NCBI GenBank assembly: GCA_963785725.1 | Contig: CAWAWS010000022.1 | Coordinates: 192,001-256,000, forward strand | Direction of reading: 5' to 3' | Source of the DNA: an uncultured delta proteobacterium | GTDB taxonomy: Bacteria > Myxococcota_A > Polyangia > Palsa-1104 | Length of the DNA stretch: 64,000 nt | Shown: positions 63,740 through 64,000 of the stretch, in pieces | Layout: each line of letters starts with the position of its first letter | How positions within the stretch are numbered: the stretch's first letter is position 1 | Notes under the pieces: model-generated | Told to the model about the DNA's origin: nothing | The model's input: only the letters and a program-made list of their open reading frames with translations | The model's database searches: none | Translations under genes and position numbers: made by a program

Positions 63740-64000
63740 CTATGCTCGTTGCGACGCACGCGCGCGCGGCTGACGACCAAAGGGCTGGGTCGGTGGCTCC
63801 CGCGGGACAATGCCGGGAATCGGCCGCTCGACTGCCGTCGATCCGGTCAAGGTGATGCTCTCCCCGTGATGCAAGAGCTCGAGCTCTCCCTCCTTATCGA
63901 GGAGTCGATACGTGGCGACCAGCGGCGTCACGCTGACGCGCAGTCGCAGACCTCGTCGCGCGATGATGAAGGATAGGCTAGTCAAGCCCTCCGGCAGCCG
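63740..64000 (-). CDS. C-terminus of a probable glycoside hydrolase family 65 protein (partial, runs off window)
   Basis: RLPEGLTSLSF...RGLRLRVSVT...TYRL...HHGE...PPTQPFGRQP. Confidence 0.65.
   Translation of the reverse strand, partial: RLPEGLTSLSFIIARRGLRLRVSVTPLVATYRLLDKEGELELLHHGESITLTGSTAVERPIPGIVPREPPTQPFGRQPRARASQRA

Overview
High-GC window, most likely from a myxobacterium (Myxococcota/Polyangia-like; inferred from the Cys-rich repeat/fibro-slime protein, the TPR + beta-propeller lipoprotein pair and dense two-component signalling genes). 1-23.7 kb: glutamate decarboxylase, a large Cys-rich surface lipoprotein, a signalling cluster (EAL, hybrid kinases, NtrC-like), an intact IS4 with a 10-bp target duplication, a heavily frameshifted uvrA paralogue and an Hsp20 cluster. 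Two identical 39-bp 3' halves of a tRNA-Val(CAC) (23834-23872 and 40712-40750), each with a terminator and nearby arm-like repeats, appear to delimit a 16.9-kb integrated island with no intact integrase. It carries a hybrid kinase, twin response regulators, an AI-2E transporter, TamA/TamB, an OmpA lipoprotein and a lipase. Right of 40.7 kb is a decayed accessory/defence region: RHH protein, RelE/XRE toxin-antitoxin, AbiEi/AbiEii with a tandem operator and a dead GIY-YIG-like third gene, a 2OG-Fe(II) oxygenase, IS21/IS1182/IS3 remnants, a 5' group II intron fragment inserted in an IS3 transposase, two desaturases, a gene with an internal inversion and a truncated Cu-type ATPase. All family calls come from motif recognition by eye; no database searches were run. 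I found no clearly intact novel system. The best candidates are the tRNA-Val island array, the AbiE+GIY-YIG operon and the ATPase-less kinase/EAL pair.
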